From a virus, in IMG/VR virus record IMGVR_UViG_3300017956_000007, positions 1-64,000 of that record: a stretch of DNA of 64,000 nucleotides. One strand, given 5' to 3'. Below, in pieces: positions 29,601-38,698 of this stretch. The notes under the pieces were generated by a model, which saw nothing but the letters and a program-made list of their open reading frames with translations, was not told the origin of the DNA and did not search any database. The position numbers and the translations under genes were made by a program. The first letter of the stretch is position 1; every line of letters starts with the position of its first letter.

Positions 29601-30723
29601 GATGATAATTTAATCTACCTGCATTTTTTGATGAAATGTTATAAGGAATCGTAAATTTAAAATCATCTTTTCTGGTCACACGATAAGTATCAGTTTTAAC
29701 ATCACCAGATACTACATCATAAATTTTTATCAAATCTTCATCATTTAAATTATGTTTATTGTATGTTGTTATTTCAGTATTCGTGCCATCAGAAGAATAT
29801 GCTACATTCATTCGATAACAACTTAAATCAAGAGTAAATTTTAAATTATTTTTATCTACATTTGTTATTTTTCCAAACAATGGTTTATTTAAATTATAGT
29901 TATCAATAGTATCATTTTCTCGCAATAAATAAAAATTATCTCCAACAATAAAATCGGTTCTAAATGATTCCAAATCTATATTTAAATATTCTTCCTGACT
30001 GACTTGTTGCGGAATCTGTTCCGTTCTTCCATTAATTACAATGCGTTCTCCATTTTCATCTAATCTATCAACTAAAATAGTAATTGTTTTTTCTTGAGTT
30101 TGAGATAATTTTAAAAAATATAGAGTTAAATTTTCAGAATCAATTGTATTGACATTGAATCCTGAATATATTCCTTGAGAAGAAATTATCAAACTTCTAG
30201 AATTATCCGTCATAAATCCAGAACCTACCTCAAAAGAAATTTGTTTTTCTGTGCTATCTAATATTCCATCGTCTGCTAAATTTAAAAAATATACAGTATT
30301 AGATGACAAATTAATTTTTGGTATTATTGAAATTTTTTCATTTACTGATGAGGAATTTTCATCAAGCATTACTATGTCTTCAATATAAGAACTTATTGAT
30401 TCTATTTGTGTTATCTTTGAAGGTTTTGCTTCATTTTTTAACGTTAAAATATTGTTGTCTTCATTTGAAGATGAGGAGCATATATGAGTCAACTGAACAG
30501 TTCCTCTAATCAAATTATTATCTGTAGAAAAAGTTACAGATTCGGTATATAAGTTTGATGTAAATGTGACATCAAAATTTGAATCAATCGGAACAAAAAT
30601 TACACCATTTGCTAAATCCAAATCAGAAAATTTTCTAGTATCCTGACCATAATCAAAATCAACTTCAGAAGATATATTATTATCATCTATTGATGTAATT
30701 TTTCCTGTTCTGTTATATGGCAT
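26647..30723 (-). CDS. Large putative virion protein with multiple Big_5/SbsA-type Ig-like domains (1358 aa)
   Basis: Repeated units I.I.F(S/D/N)..(M/I/V)...(T/S)...F.P...L.....Y.L.(I/V), e.g. QINFSQSMNTSTI, IMFDESIDPTTI, FAFDQTMNVDSL, IIFNETVSLSSF; also DTTPPTV. Confidence 0.65.
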   Translation of the reverse strand: MPYNRTGKITSIDDNNISSEVDFDYGQDTRKFSDLDLANGVIFVPIDSNFDVTFTSNLYTESVTFSTDNNLIRGTVQLTHICSSSSNEDNNILTLKNEAKPSKITQIESISSYIEDIVMLDENSSSVNEKISIIPKINLSSNTVYFLNLADDGILDSTEKQISFEVGSGFMTDNSRSLIISSQGIYSGFNVNTIDSENLTLYFLKLSQTQEKTITILVDRLDENGERIVINGRTEQIPQQVSQEEYLNIDLESFRTDFIVGDNFYLLRENDTIDNYNLNKPLFGKITNVDKNNLKFTLDLSCYRMNVAYSSDGTNTEITTYNKHNLNDEDLIKIYDVVSGDVKTDTYRVTRKDDFKFTIPYNISSKNAGRLNYHPMLSKNQDIVNVKTIDGQKKVTLKKATTFQNHIRFRDDINLNSSMKTLLYANPNGGASISPDNDVMLGRIIKKDEDVINYVCVNSDNQIITDNFVNNSILEISNGQEKLLCHIKANTYPNHNVHPFNTSAPEITQIYPSEGQSTTSKIKISEISRNDSTASVTTNLKHTLSIGDKIYIDGKIDTIFTGPFLVSEILDEYSFRYLITKTINENSPVLSTQRTELLYFLTGIEETSENLNDVDNYQEKVGIIQINFSQSMNTSTITVSNSSHLICSNGVIIPFSENLTKLSSTIQLSKSNDNFDLLSLVDFDSVTSNTGNSQFILTPSTIEKYTNYYLKVKSDVSDLGGTTMTYNFQTTEPITTGFRPVESDTTTNEPSEIPIYELDTTPPTVKKIYFSDSNSSSVLYQKILDSRTISQISDPTTYEDVELDLNGESILIMFDESIDPTTITVNTESTRPSGTIQLSCDDFNTVVQMESPVVLKTIEESDTFSFKPLTKLSSNSNYKLKITKKVGDKALNKNYLEEQKISDIKSLVLQTIPDDVENYYVSGETIRGTKRLFVRSALNLINQNFQIDGLTSGKVFYGFTTGGRGKVYQYGLDEQGDLSYIDYTPIESGKYIIDIAPGEICGFEENEQTYRFSVDYTAIGKAPEGTVIEFIENESRLIYREKYTDVTFARANDRIYGYTSKGIGKTSDPSEPTLPGFNTKTEPNLVKFYATNISDQLVTNFSSNQENISPTTDIHFAFDQTMNVDSLSFNTNKNNQNIQSTDNLILSYDSNFSNCIPFSPYITSSNNDTFFKLSLLMKNDDLQLSQNSFIYFGTRGTAKTKGGTLPYTTNSSQTSETEILIHNYTFKVSTTDDFKILKLIIDNVNLLEYDSNQDNSITDISLIPLIQIIFNETVSLSSFTIGQNNSFELSTDPNFQSNFITGTVTIYDIHKNRIVFIPDSELTTLTDYYLRINNNDTVENPYGVILDKSYTYAKFTTK

Positions 30724-33700
30724 TATTTTATTTCCACGTCTAAAACGGTTGTTTGTAAAATTTTAAAGCCTCTTTTTAATGTCATTCCTCTATCAGAATC
30801 AACTTTCATTTTTTCTATGCTGTACACTGGATTTTTAACCGCAGAAAATATATAATTAGAATCACCAGGTTCTGTTGCTGATAATGTGTCAACCGGTGTA
30901 AAATCAACATTAAAAAATTCTCTACCATTTTCAAATGTTGTACTAACTGAAGGAGGATTTTTTAAAAGGAAACTATTTGTTCCTTGCGTTAATGTAAATT
31001 CTGATTTACCATTATCGACATCTTCTTGTGATAATTTAAATGCCGATGTTAATACCGTTGGAGACATATTAATTGTTCTGCCTTGTATTTTATTTATTAT
31101 TTCAATTTCATCGCTCGAAAACAAATGTGAATCATTTGCAAATATAACTCTAATTTTCGAATTACCTGGAATAATTGCAGATTCTGCATCGACAAATTCA
31201 TTGTTAGTATTTTGAACTCTAATATCATACACATACGGTTTTATTTTATCAGAAATAGTTCTACTATCTCCTTCTCCTAATAACTGTTCTATAAGAGATT
31301 CTAATGGTGAGCCTTCCACCAAAGATCTTGCAAAATTTGTACTAAAATCTTGTGCTAGTTTAAAATTATTTACAAATTTATTAAATCCTTTTGAATCAGT
31401 TCCAGAAGCATAAAAAACTATTGCAATAGTGTATTTTAAATCATCTAAATCTTGGGCAGATAATACAGTAGGGGTATCACTAGATTTATCTGCCGGAACT
31501 AAAACAGGTTTTAGTGTTTCAGTAGTCACTGTTTCCTCAATTCCAGTGATTGGATTTATTACTGTTGAATTTACCTTTACAGTTTCTATTTCCATGCTAG
31601 GAAATGGATTTGCTTTCTTTTGTAAAAATTTTGCATTAACCAATTTTGTTTTGAATTCATTCACCCCTCCAAAACCACTTAAAGATAAAGTATATAATCC
31701 ATTTGCATTCAATCCTTGTGTCAAAACAGTTAAAGCATCTAAAATTAATTTATTTGTATCATTTAACCATTTTATAAAATCTTCTATAAAATTTAATGCC
31801 TCATCAATTAATCCCAAAGGCTCTTCAATCCAGCCTCTTACAGTACTTGTTAATCCATAAATTCTATCTATTAATCTCCCGTAAACAGGTAAAAACTCAG
31901 CAATTGTAAAATAATTCCAGTTAGGGGGTATTGATGAATCTTGCTCGGAAAATAAATCAAAAAAAACATTTGATGTACCATCTTCTTTAGTATTGAAAAA
32001 ATCGAACCAGTCCGTTTTACCATTTGGAACTTTTACTGCATTGTCCAACAGAGAGGAAGAATCATCTATAGATTTATCCGCTATCATTCTACCCAATTTC
32101 ACCTGAATTTTATTCATACCTATAATTTGTCTATCAACTTTTTCCTTTGACTTTCTCTCAGGAACTGAATACCTGAATAATTCAACATTTCCTCTATTAT
32201 CGGCAACGTTAGTTGAATTTCCTTTATCATCAATAATATTAACTTCTTTAATGTGAAGATTTGTTCCCATTCCAGGAATTAATTTTTTCAACGATTGCCA
32301 ATTAAACGCAGAATTATCTTTCTTCAAATCCTCAGTGTCCACAGTACTCTCAAGTTCATCTGAACCCAAAAAAGGATGATTTACTTGCATACCAGGAACT
32401 AATTTATTCTTAACAAATTCATTCATTAAAAAAACAAAGTCTTCATCATATAAATCTGGTCTGTTGTAAATATCTTCTCCGTTCTGTGCCAATTTTGCAA
32501 ATTTTCTAACCCTAGGATCATTAGGAAAAACTTCTTCTAATGCTAAATTAGAAGAAGTAACTGTACCCGCAGCTGAACCAACCGGTTTGATGGATGTTTG
32601 ATCCGAATCGCCAGGTAAAAACATAGGAGACATTAAAATATCTCCATCATTAATATTTTTTCTAATCGTACCTGGATTTGAACTATCTCTAGTAGAATGG
32701 TTCAATAACAATTCGCCATCTACATTTTTCACCTGAACGGTATTAGATATGACTTCATTATTGACAATAATGATAGGATTATGTTTCACAACGGTGGCGG
32801 AAAAACTTTTTTGAAATAAACCTTCATTAGTTTGAACAATTTTATCGCCTTTTTTAAACATTGGTATTGTAACGGGTTCATCTGTAATTTTATAAGTTCC
32901 ATCTTTAACTTTTTTAATTTTTACATCATTGAACCAATATCTGCTTACTTGATCAGTTTTATTTCTCAACTGAACAGGACTACCTAAATTAATCGTCTGA
33001 GTTTGTTCTTCTTTGTCTGAAATTACTTTTCCATCCTCTGGAGTTAAAATTTCGAATATTCCTGCTAAAAAATTTGCCAAAGAATTTATTACTTTATTCA
33101 CTCCACTAAAAGAAGGCAAAGTCGCTAAAATGACAAGTGATGAATACTCGCCTGTTCCTGTCGGTCTATTACTATCATTACTATCATCAAATGATTTAAT
33201 GATATGATCTATTGCTTCTTTTGGGGTAAGTTCTCTCTTATTTAAAAATGTAGACAAATAACCAAGTGCTTCTCCTATTAATGAATCTGCCCATGTTGAT
33301 GAATCTAAATCCAAAAAATTTTTTAGTGACTGATAACTTTCTAAAACATTTTCTCTAAGTTGTGATGAAGATTGAGCTGGTTGTTGGATAAAGGATTTCG
33401 AATCAATTAATCTAGAAGTTCCTGAACGTATTGAACTAGATATTCCAAAAGGTTTTTCTACTCCCATCTCAATTTCAAATCCTGAAATGCCTGCTTTATA
33501 TTCACTGGGTAATGTTACACCGGCCAAATCAGAAATTGCATCTGTTACTGATGCTGTATTTACACCAGAAACTATTTGATTAAGTACAGAATTTGCAGTT
33601 TGTACATTAGTGACCTCATTAAAATCAATTCCTGTTCCTAGAGGAACCTCAAAATTTTCTTCAATTCTCAATGATTCTTCAATAGATTCATCCGTTCTCA

Positions 33701-34097
33701 ATGATTCTTCAATAGATTCATCCGTTGATTTACTTTTTAAATATTCTTCAAATTTTTTAAATGCAATCAATAACTGAGAAAAATTTACAGGTTCAGGAAC
33801 TGTTCCTACCTCCCAAGGATAAACTGTTAGAATTCCAGCACCAATATTTTTTAATTCATTGATATAAGATTGTAAACTATCTATAACAGGTAATAAAATT
33901 AACTCTAGAGGACTTTTTATGGCTTTTAAAAATACTGAAGCAATATCTAAAAATCTACTAATATCTTCAATAATATCTGCCAAATTATCTGAGAATTCAT
34001 ATGCATTTTGTACAAATTGATTGACAGGACCTTCAAGATTTAAAATTTGATCTCGTTGAACAAAATTACTTCCATCAGCGTTTGGTAAAACTGCCAT
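30723..34097 (-). CDS. Hypothetical baseplate-region protein (1124 aa) with amphipathic helical N- and C-terminal regions
   Basis: Long ORF, translationally coupled within the gp5-gp25 interval; no recognised catalytic motif. Confidence 0.55.
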   Translation of the reverse strand: MAVLPNADGSNFVQRDQILNLEGPVNQFVQNAYEFSDNLADIIEDISRFLDIASVFLKAIKSPLELILLPVIDSLQSYINELKNIGAGILTVYPWEVGTVPEPVNFSQLLIAFKKFEEYLKSKSTDESIEESLRTDESIEESLRIEENFEVPLGTGIDFNEVTNVQTANSVLNQIVSGVNTASVTDAISDLAGVTLPSEYKAGISGFEIEMGVEKPFGISSSIRSGTSRLIDSKSFIQQPAQSSSQLRENVLESYQSLKNFLDLDSSTWADSLIGEALGYLSTFLNKRELTPKEAIDHIIKSFDDSNDSNRPTGTGEYSSLVILATLPSFSGVNKVINSLANFLAGIFEILTPEDGKVISDKEEQTQTINLGSPVQLRNKTDQVSRYWFNDVKIKKVKDGTYKITDEPVTIPMFKKGDKIVQTNEGLFQKSFSATVVKHNPIIIVNNEVISNTVQVKNVDGELLLNHSTRDSSNPGTIRKNINDGDILMSPMFLPGDSDQTSIKPVGSAAGTVTSSNLALEEVFPNDPRVRKFAKLAQNGEDIYNRPDLYDEDFVFLMNEFVKNKLVPGMQVNHPFLGSDELESTVDTEDLKKDNSAFNWQSLKKLIPGMGTNLHIKEVNIIDDKGNSTNVADNRGNVELFRYSVPERKSKEKVDRQIIGMNKIQVKLGRMIADKSIDDSSSLLDNAVKVPNGKTDWFDFFNTKEDGTSNVFFDLFSEQDSSIPPNWNYFTIAEFLPVYGRLIDRIYGLTSTVRGWIEEPLGLIDEALNFIEDFIKWLNDTNKLILDALTVLTQGLNANGLYTLSLSGFGGVNEFKTKLVNAKFLQKKANPFPSMEIETVKVNSTVINPITGIEETVTTETLKPVLVPADKSSDTPTVLSAQDLDDLKYTIAIVFYASGTDSKGFNKFVNNFKLAQDFSTNFARSLVEGSPLESLIEQLLGEGDSRTISDKIKPYVYDIRVQNTNNEFVDAESAIIPGNSKIRVIFANDSHLFSSDEIEIINKIQGRTINMSPTVLTSAFKLSQEDVDNGKSEFTLTQGTNSFLLKNPPSVSTTFENGREFFNVDFTPVDTLSATEPGDSNYIFSAVKNPVYSIEKMKVDSDRGMTLKRGFKILQTTVLDVEIK
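33665..33726. repeat. Perfect 30-bp tandem duplication encoding (TDESIEESLR)x2
   Basis: ttctcaatgattcttcaatagattcatccg occurs at 33665 and 33695. Confidence 0.9.
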
Positions 34098-34257
34098 TTT
34101 CTTTTGCCTTTTCTAATACTTTTTTATGCTCATTTAATAATTTTAAAAGACTATTATTGAATTCTAAAGTTTTATTAAATATTTCTACTAATTGATTATT
34201 ATACAAAGTTTTATTTTCAAAAAAATTTTCTGTTAGTTGTTGTTTTTTTTCTTCCAT
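34075..34257 (-). CDS. Small coiled-coil hypothetical protein
   Basis: 60-aa ORF filling the gap between gp5 and the 1124-aa gene on the same strand. Confidence 0.55.
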   Translation of the reverse strand: MEEKKQQLTENFFENKTLYNNQLVEIFNKTLEFNNSLLKLLNEHKKVLEKAKENGSFTKR

Positions 34258-34262
34258 AAATT

Positions 34263-36311
34263 TTAATTCAAAAATGTTGATAGTTCTTGTTTTATTGCCG
34301 TAAATGCAGAACTATTAATTGGAGGACCACTTGGTCCACTAGGAGTTGTGACTGTTAAACTGTTTATGGCATCTAACAACTTATCTACAATACCTTTTAA
34401 TGAAGATGTTTGATTTTTTATACTAATGCGACCATCATTACCTATACTAATATTAGCTAAAAGATTTTGTAAATTAATTTTTCCTCCTAAAGAATTTAAA
34501 TCTATACTGCTACCACTAGACACAGAAAAAGAAGATGTAGGTCCATTTAAATTAAACTCAGCATTTCCCAATCTAGATTCCACTCTAACCCCCTGACCTC
34601 CTATTTTTAACCCGGTGTAAGTTGGAGTTAAAATTCCCTCATCATCTTCATCAAAAGAATGTTTTAAAATAATATCTCTTAATGGATTAACTACGTAATG
34701 CATTAAATTACCAGTTGATGCGGATTCTACTTTAGCATTACTGCCTAATAGATTGTTATAAGTTTCTGAAGCCTTACCTAATACAGTTTTTATGTATTTG
34801 TCATCTATTGTATTATTAAAAACACCAAGAACATTTTGATCTAGTTGACCGGCATTAACACCCATAGATCCTAATGTTTTTAATGCAAATTGTTGAACAT
34901 TATCGAAATTTATAATTGGTGAATTTTTTACTTCTAGATTAAATTTTTCGAAAGTTTGAGTTAATAAATCTTCATTGCCATCCTGTCTCGTATGAAGAAT
35001 TTTTTTTGCTTTAAGTATTATATTTTCACCAGCAGTTATCATAATGTTACCCGAATCAGATTTTATCTCATAATTACCTTTACCTTTAATTCTAAAAATA
35101 GAATTTGTAGTCGCTCCACGGCTATTGATTAATATGTTTTGATTACCTCCAACATTCTTAATTTCATTACCCATTATGAAAGATTCAAAATTAGAATCAG
35201 TAGTTAAATAATATCTTCCGATTACATTATCTATTCTAGAACCATCATTTTGAAAATCTATAAAACTAGTGCTTCTATGTAAAATTCTAATTCTTTCTTT
35301 ATTTGGTGTATCATCCATCTCAAAAGCATGGCCGCTCTCCGTATATGTAACATGATTAAACGGGTATTCAGGATCATAACAATTTACTGGTACTGAAATT
35401 GTGACTTTTGGATCAGCAGTTAAAATTCCTGTATGCAAATTTCTACGATATTCATCAATCATATTATTGACGCCATATAAAGATTTATAAATTTCAGAAA
35501 AAGGATTTAAAGTCGTTTGATACTCTTCTGAATCAGATTCTACCGGATTATCTTTATAATAACGATCAGTTTTTAATTTAAGTCTTTGCTTAGTGAATGA
35601 TAATAAAGGTATCGAAGGAAAACTATATAACATTTTACCTTCATCGTCAAATTCCATAAAATTTTCATTAGGATTTGATGAATAAGTTTGTAAGGATGCT
35701 CTTACAAAATCATCGTTTGTTTGCTTCACAATTGCAATTGCTTTATCAGAAACGCTGTCATATTCATAATATAATTTCGAACCAGTTTTTGCATACGTAT
35801 TTTCTCCTCTAAAATAATAAACTTTATCAACATTTTCATGAAAATCTACTATATGACCCGGCTTGCCATCTCTTGTTCGATCTATATAAAAAGGAGGATA
35901 AGGATACATTGTTTTATCTTCAAAAGATCTAGGATCAAAAAAACCTTTTCTTCTATTAGCCATGACAGAAGGTATGCCTACACAAGACCCTAGAACAACA
36001 GGTTCTTGTCCTTCTTTACCATCTCTAAAAAAACCAAAAACATGAGATCCTTCTATTAAACCTACAGGAGTCGTACCAATACCAGATATACCTGAAGAAG
36101 TGATTGGACTAATAACTTGTGCCCATGGCAATTCATCTGTTGGAATTTCATCCTTATTATCTGTATGAAATCCTATACATCTTACTTTTAATCTGCCTAA
36201 ATATAATGGATCTTTTCTGTCCTCGACAACACCATACCACCAAACAAAGTCAGACAAACCTGCAAAATCTTGGTTATCAATTTGATTTAAAATTTGTGAT
36301 AATTTTTCCAT
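34263..36311 (-). CDS. gp5: Baseplate central spike gp5 (OB-fold + beta-helix, no recognisable lysozyme domain)
   Basis: FVWWYGVVEDRKDPLYLGRLKVRCIGFHT...ELPWA, VFGFFRDG...QEPVVLG, YPFNHVTYTESGHAFEMDDTPNKERI. Confidence 0.92.
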   Translation of the reverse strand: MEKLSQILNQIDNQDFAGLSDFVWWYGVVEDRKDPLYLGRLKVRCIGFHTDNKDEIPTDELPWAQVISPITSSGISGIGTTPVGLIEGSHVFGFFRDGKEGQEPVVLGSCVGIPSVMANRRKGFFDPRSFEDKTMYPYPPFYIDRTRDGKPGHIVDFHENVDKVYYFRGENTYAKTGSKLYYEYDSVSDKAIAIVKQTNDDFVRASLQTYSSNPNENFMEFDDEGKMLYSFPSIPLLSFTKQRLKLKTDRYYKDNPVESDSEEYQTTLNPFSEIYKSLYGVNNMIDEYRRNLHTGILTADPKVTISVPVNCYDPEYPFNHVTYTESGHAFEMDDTPNKERIRILHRSTSFIDFQNDGSRIDNVIGRYYLTTDSNFESFIMGNEIKNVGGNQNILINSRGATTNSIFRIKGKGNYEIKSDSGNIMITAGENIILKAKKILHTRQDGNEDLLTQTFEKFNLEVKNSPIINFDNVQQFALKTLGSMGVNAGQLDQNVLGVFNNTIDDKYIKTVLGKASETYNNLLGSNAKVESASTGNLMHYVVNPLRDIILKHSFDEDDEGILTPTYTGLKIGGQGVRVESRLGNAEFNLNGPTSSFSVSSGSSIDLNSLGGKINLQNLLANISIGNDGRISIKNQTSSLKGIVDKLLDAINSLTVTTPSGPSGPPINSSAFTAIKQELSTFLN

Positions 36312-38119
36312 TAATCTAAAACCTCTTGATTTGTGCCAGGCTTAACTGGCAAAGTAGATGGATTTGTTAATTTATTGGAATTTATTGAACCAGAATAAAT
36401 TTCCTCATCATCAGGAATTTCATACTCCGTTAATGCCTGAGAATAACTTTCAACTGGCTGTAAAGTATTAAATAAAGAATCTTTCACTAGTTCCATTTCT
36501 GTTCTATATTTTGAATCTTGAGTAATTGTATGTCTTATTTTTGTTATCAAATAATTGCCTTGATAAAAGGTGTGTTCATCAGATCCACCTACACTTGAGT
36601 AATACATTGATGGTATTTTTAATCTAACAATTTCACCTATTTTTCTATTTTGATCTCCTGATACTTTTATTTGTATAATTATATTTTTTAACATTCTTTT
36701 TTGTGCATTTGAGGTCAATAAGTATCTTTCTACCTGATTATCAAAAGTTGAAAATTTTGTAGTATTTCCTGTTAAAATTCCTCTCAACAAATTTATATTT
36801 CTTTTTTGAGAATGTCCAAAATTTGTAAATTTTAATTTGTATGATGCATCAGCACCCTTTAAGGCAATATGATTACTAGATGTTAAAGGTGCGTTAAATA
36901 TACCATCTCCCTCTGTAACATGTCTAAAATCATAAAAATCAACAAGATAATTATACTCATATTCAAAAATTCCACCTCTATAATCAAATATTTTTTTTAC
37001 ATTATCTGTTCTACCTCTTGAAATTTCAGATATTGAAGGAAGTTTTATTCTGTCAATGTTTTCACCTATTGTTTGTGTTATAGGATCATATGTTAATAAT
37101 TTCGATCCATACATACCTCCAACCAAATTAGAAATCACATCAAATGTAGATAAAAATTTATATGATTGAACTGAAATATCGCTTGCGGAAAAACTATATC
37201 CAAAATTATTTTGAGGCACAATAACATATGTTGCCATCGGAACTCTCACCGAACTCGCAACCGATGATACATTTACTCTTAACTTGTTCTTATTTTCTCT
37301 TAAAGATGAAGAAACATTTTGAGAATCCAAACCTTTTTCTTCATATATCTCATCCAATGAATTTTCAGCAAATTCGGCAGCACTATTTGATCTTAGAGGA
37401 TTTAATAGATCCCCAATAGACTTAAACCAAAAACCCATACTATTTTCGTAAAAAACAAAAGAACTAAAATTTCTAGATTCTAAATTTGTATCAATATTTT
37501 TAACGTTTATTGGAGTTGCTTTTCTAGCCAACATATTTATTGCCTGAAAAGGTCTAATTCTAGGAAATACTATGTGATTTAAATAAAAAGATGAATCTGA
37601 ATCTCCAACCTTATCGAAATATAAAGGTTTACGATTTTTTGTTACATTTTTTGCTATGTAAGTATCATATATACTTGAAACTATTTCAGATGCGGTTTTT
37701 GCCTTATAAGATTTTGAAACTTTATTTTTTAAATTAATAATATATTCTTCCGAAATAAAAAATAAAGTATACATCTGTATTCTATCTCGAATCATTTTTT
37801 CGGACATCTTATAAACTATGTAAGTACCTTCAAATTTATTTGCCGGAATTCTTTTATTAAAAAAAGAAATTTTTATTTTTTCTTGACCTATGATAGGTAA
37901 TCTTTCTTCCCATCCAGCCGAATCTGAAAAAGTTATATCACCATTAACAACATTATCCTCAAATAATGATTCATAAATGTTTATTTCAGTGAATAACGAT
38001 GGTCCTACCTTGAACTCTACATTTTTATAATTATAGAATGAAATGTCATAATCGCATTCATTTTCATAATTTTGTAAAGTATTTGTAGAGTTGTCTAAAT
38101 TAGTTAATTGCTGTGTCAT
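36311..38119 (-). CDS. Baseplate hub protein, gp27-like
   Basis: INIYESLF...GDITFSDS....LPIIGQE, RPFQAINML, FVFYENSMGFWFKSI, GNYLITKIRH; lies between gp53 and gp5. Confidence 0.75.
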   Translation of the reverse strand: MTQQLTNLDNSTNTLQNYENECDYDISFYNYKNVEFKVGPSLFTEINIYESLFEDNVVNGDITFSDSAGWEERLPIIGQEKIKISFFNKRIPANKFEGTYIVYKMSEKMIRDRIQMYTLFFISEEYIINLKNKVSKSYKAKTASEIVSSIYDTYIAKNVTKNRKPLYFDKVGDSDSSFYLNHIVFPRIRPFQAINMLARKATPINVKNIDTNLESRNFSSFVFYENSMGFWFKSIGDLLNPLRSNSAAEFAENSLDEIYEEKGLDSQNVSSSLRENKNKLRVNVSSVASSVRVPMATYVIVPQNNFGYSFSASDISVQSYKFLSTFDVISNLVGGMYGSKLLTYDPITQTIGENIDRIKLPSISEISRGRTDNVKKIFDYRGGIFEYEYNYLVDFYDFRHVTEGDGIFNAPLTSSNHIALKGADASYKLKFTNFGHSQKRNINLLRGILTGNTTKFSTFDNQVERYLLTSNAQKRMLKNIIIQIKVSGDQNRKIGEIVRLKIPSMYYSSVGGSDEHTFYQGNYLITKIRHTITQDSKYRTEMELVKDSLFNTLQPVESYSQALTEYEIPDDEEIYSGSINSNKLTNPSTLPVKPGTNQEVLD

Positions 38120-38698
38120 TTAATACAAATTCCTAAATTCTTTTTCTATCTGTGAAACATAAGATTTATCGATAAGAATTATATTTCTTTTTTTCTCATT
38201 TTCTATGATCTCATAATCATAATTTGTCACTGCATTTTTAAGACCACTATCGGTTTCTAAATAACTTTGTTCATCAATAATTACTTTTTTTTCTAAAATT
38301 CTTTTATAAGATCCGTCTACCAAAATTTGAGTTTCTTGTCTAAGAATTTTTTCATAATGATGAATGGATGTTTGCGCTTGCTCAACAGAACCGTATTTAG
38401 AAGAAATGTAATTAGTTAAAGATATACCAAATAATGGCCAATCATAATGTACATCAATTATATCATTGGCAAGTAAAATAATCCAAGTAAATCTAACATT
38501 ACCATAATAATCATATGATATTGAATCAGGTCTCTCGTAATCTTTAATAATGTAAGGATAAAAAGATGTTAAATTTTTCTTGACCAGATCTCTTAATTTT
38601 ACTCTATTCATCACATTCACTGAACTTGTTGTGATTATTGGTAATTGCTTTTCTATGTTGTAATTAATTTTTGAATAATTTTTAAAAAATTCAGACAT
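38120..38698 (-). CDS. gp53: Baseplate wedge subunit gp53 (LysM-like)
   Basis: YIIKDYERPDSISYDYYG...WIILLANDIIDVHYDWPL, HHYE, NYDYE...NEKKRNI. Confidence 0.92.
   Translation of the reverse strand: MSEFFKNYSKINYNIEKQLPIITTSSVNVMNRVKLRDLVKKNLTSFYPYIIKDYERPDSISYDYYGNVRFTWIILLANDIIDVHYDWPLFGISLTNYISSKYGSVEQAQTSIHHYEKILRQETQILVDGSYKRILEKKVIIDEQSYLETDSGLKNAVTNYDYEIIENEKKRNIILIDKSYVSQIEKEFRNLY

Noticed and set aside
5422-33207. Numerous 60-143 aa plus-strand ORFs inside the large structural genes
   Set aside because: Antisense frames opposite well-supported genes, explained by codon bias.
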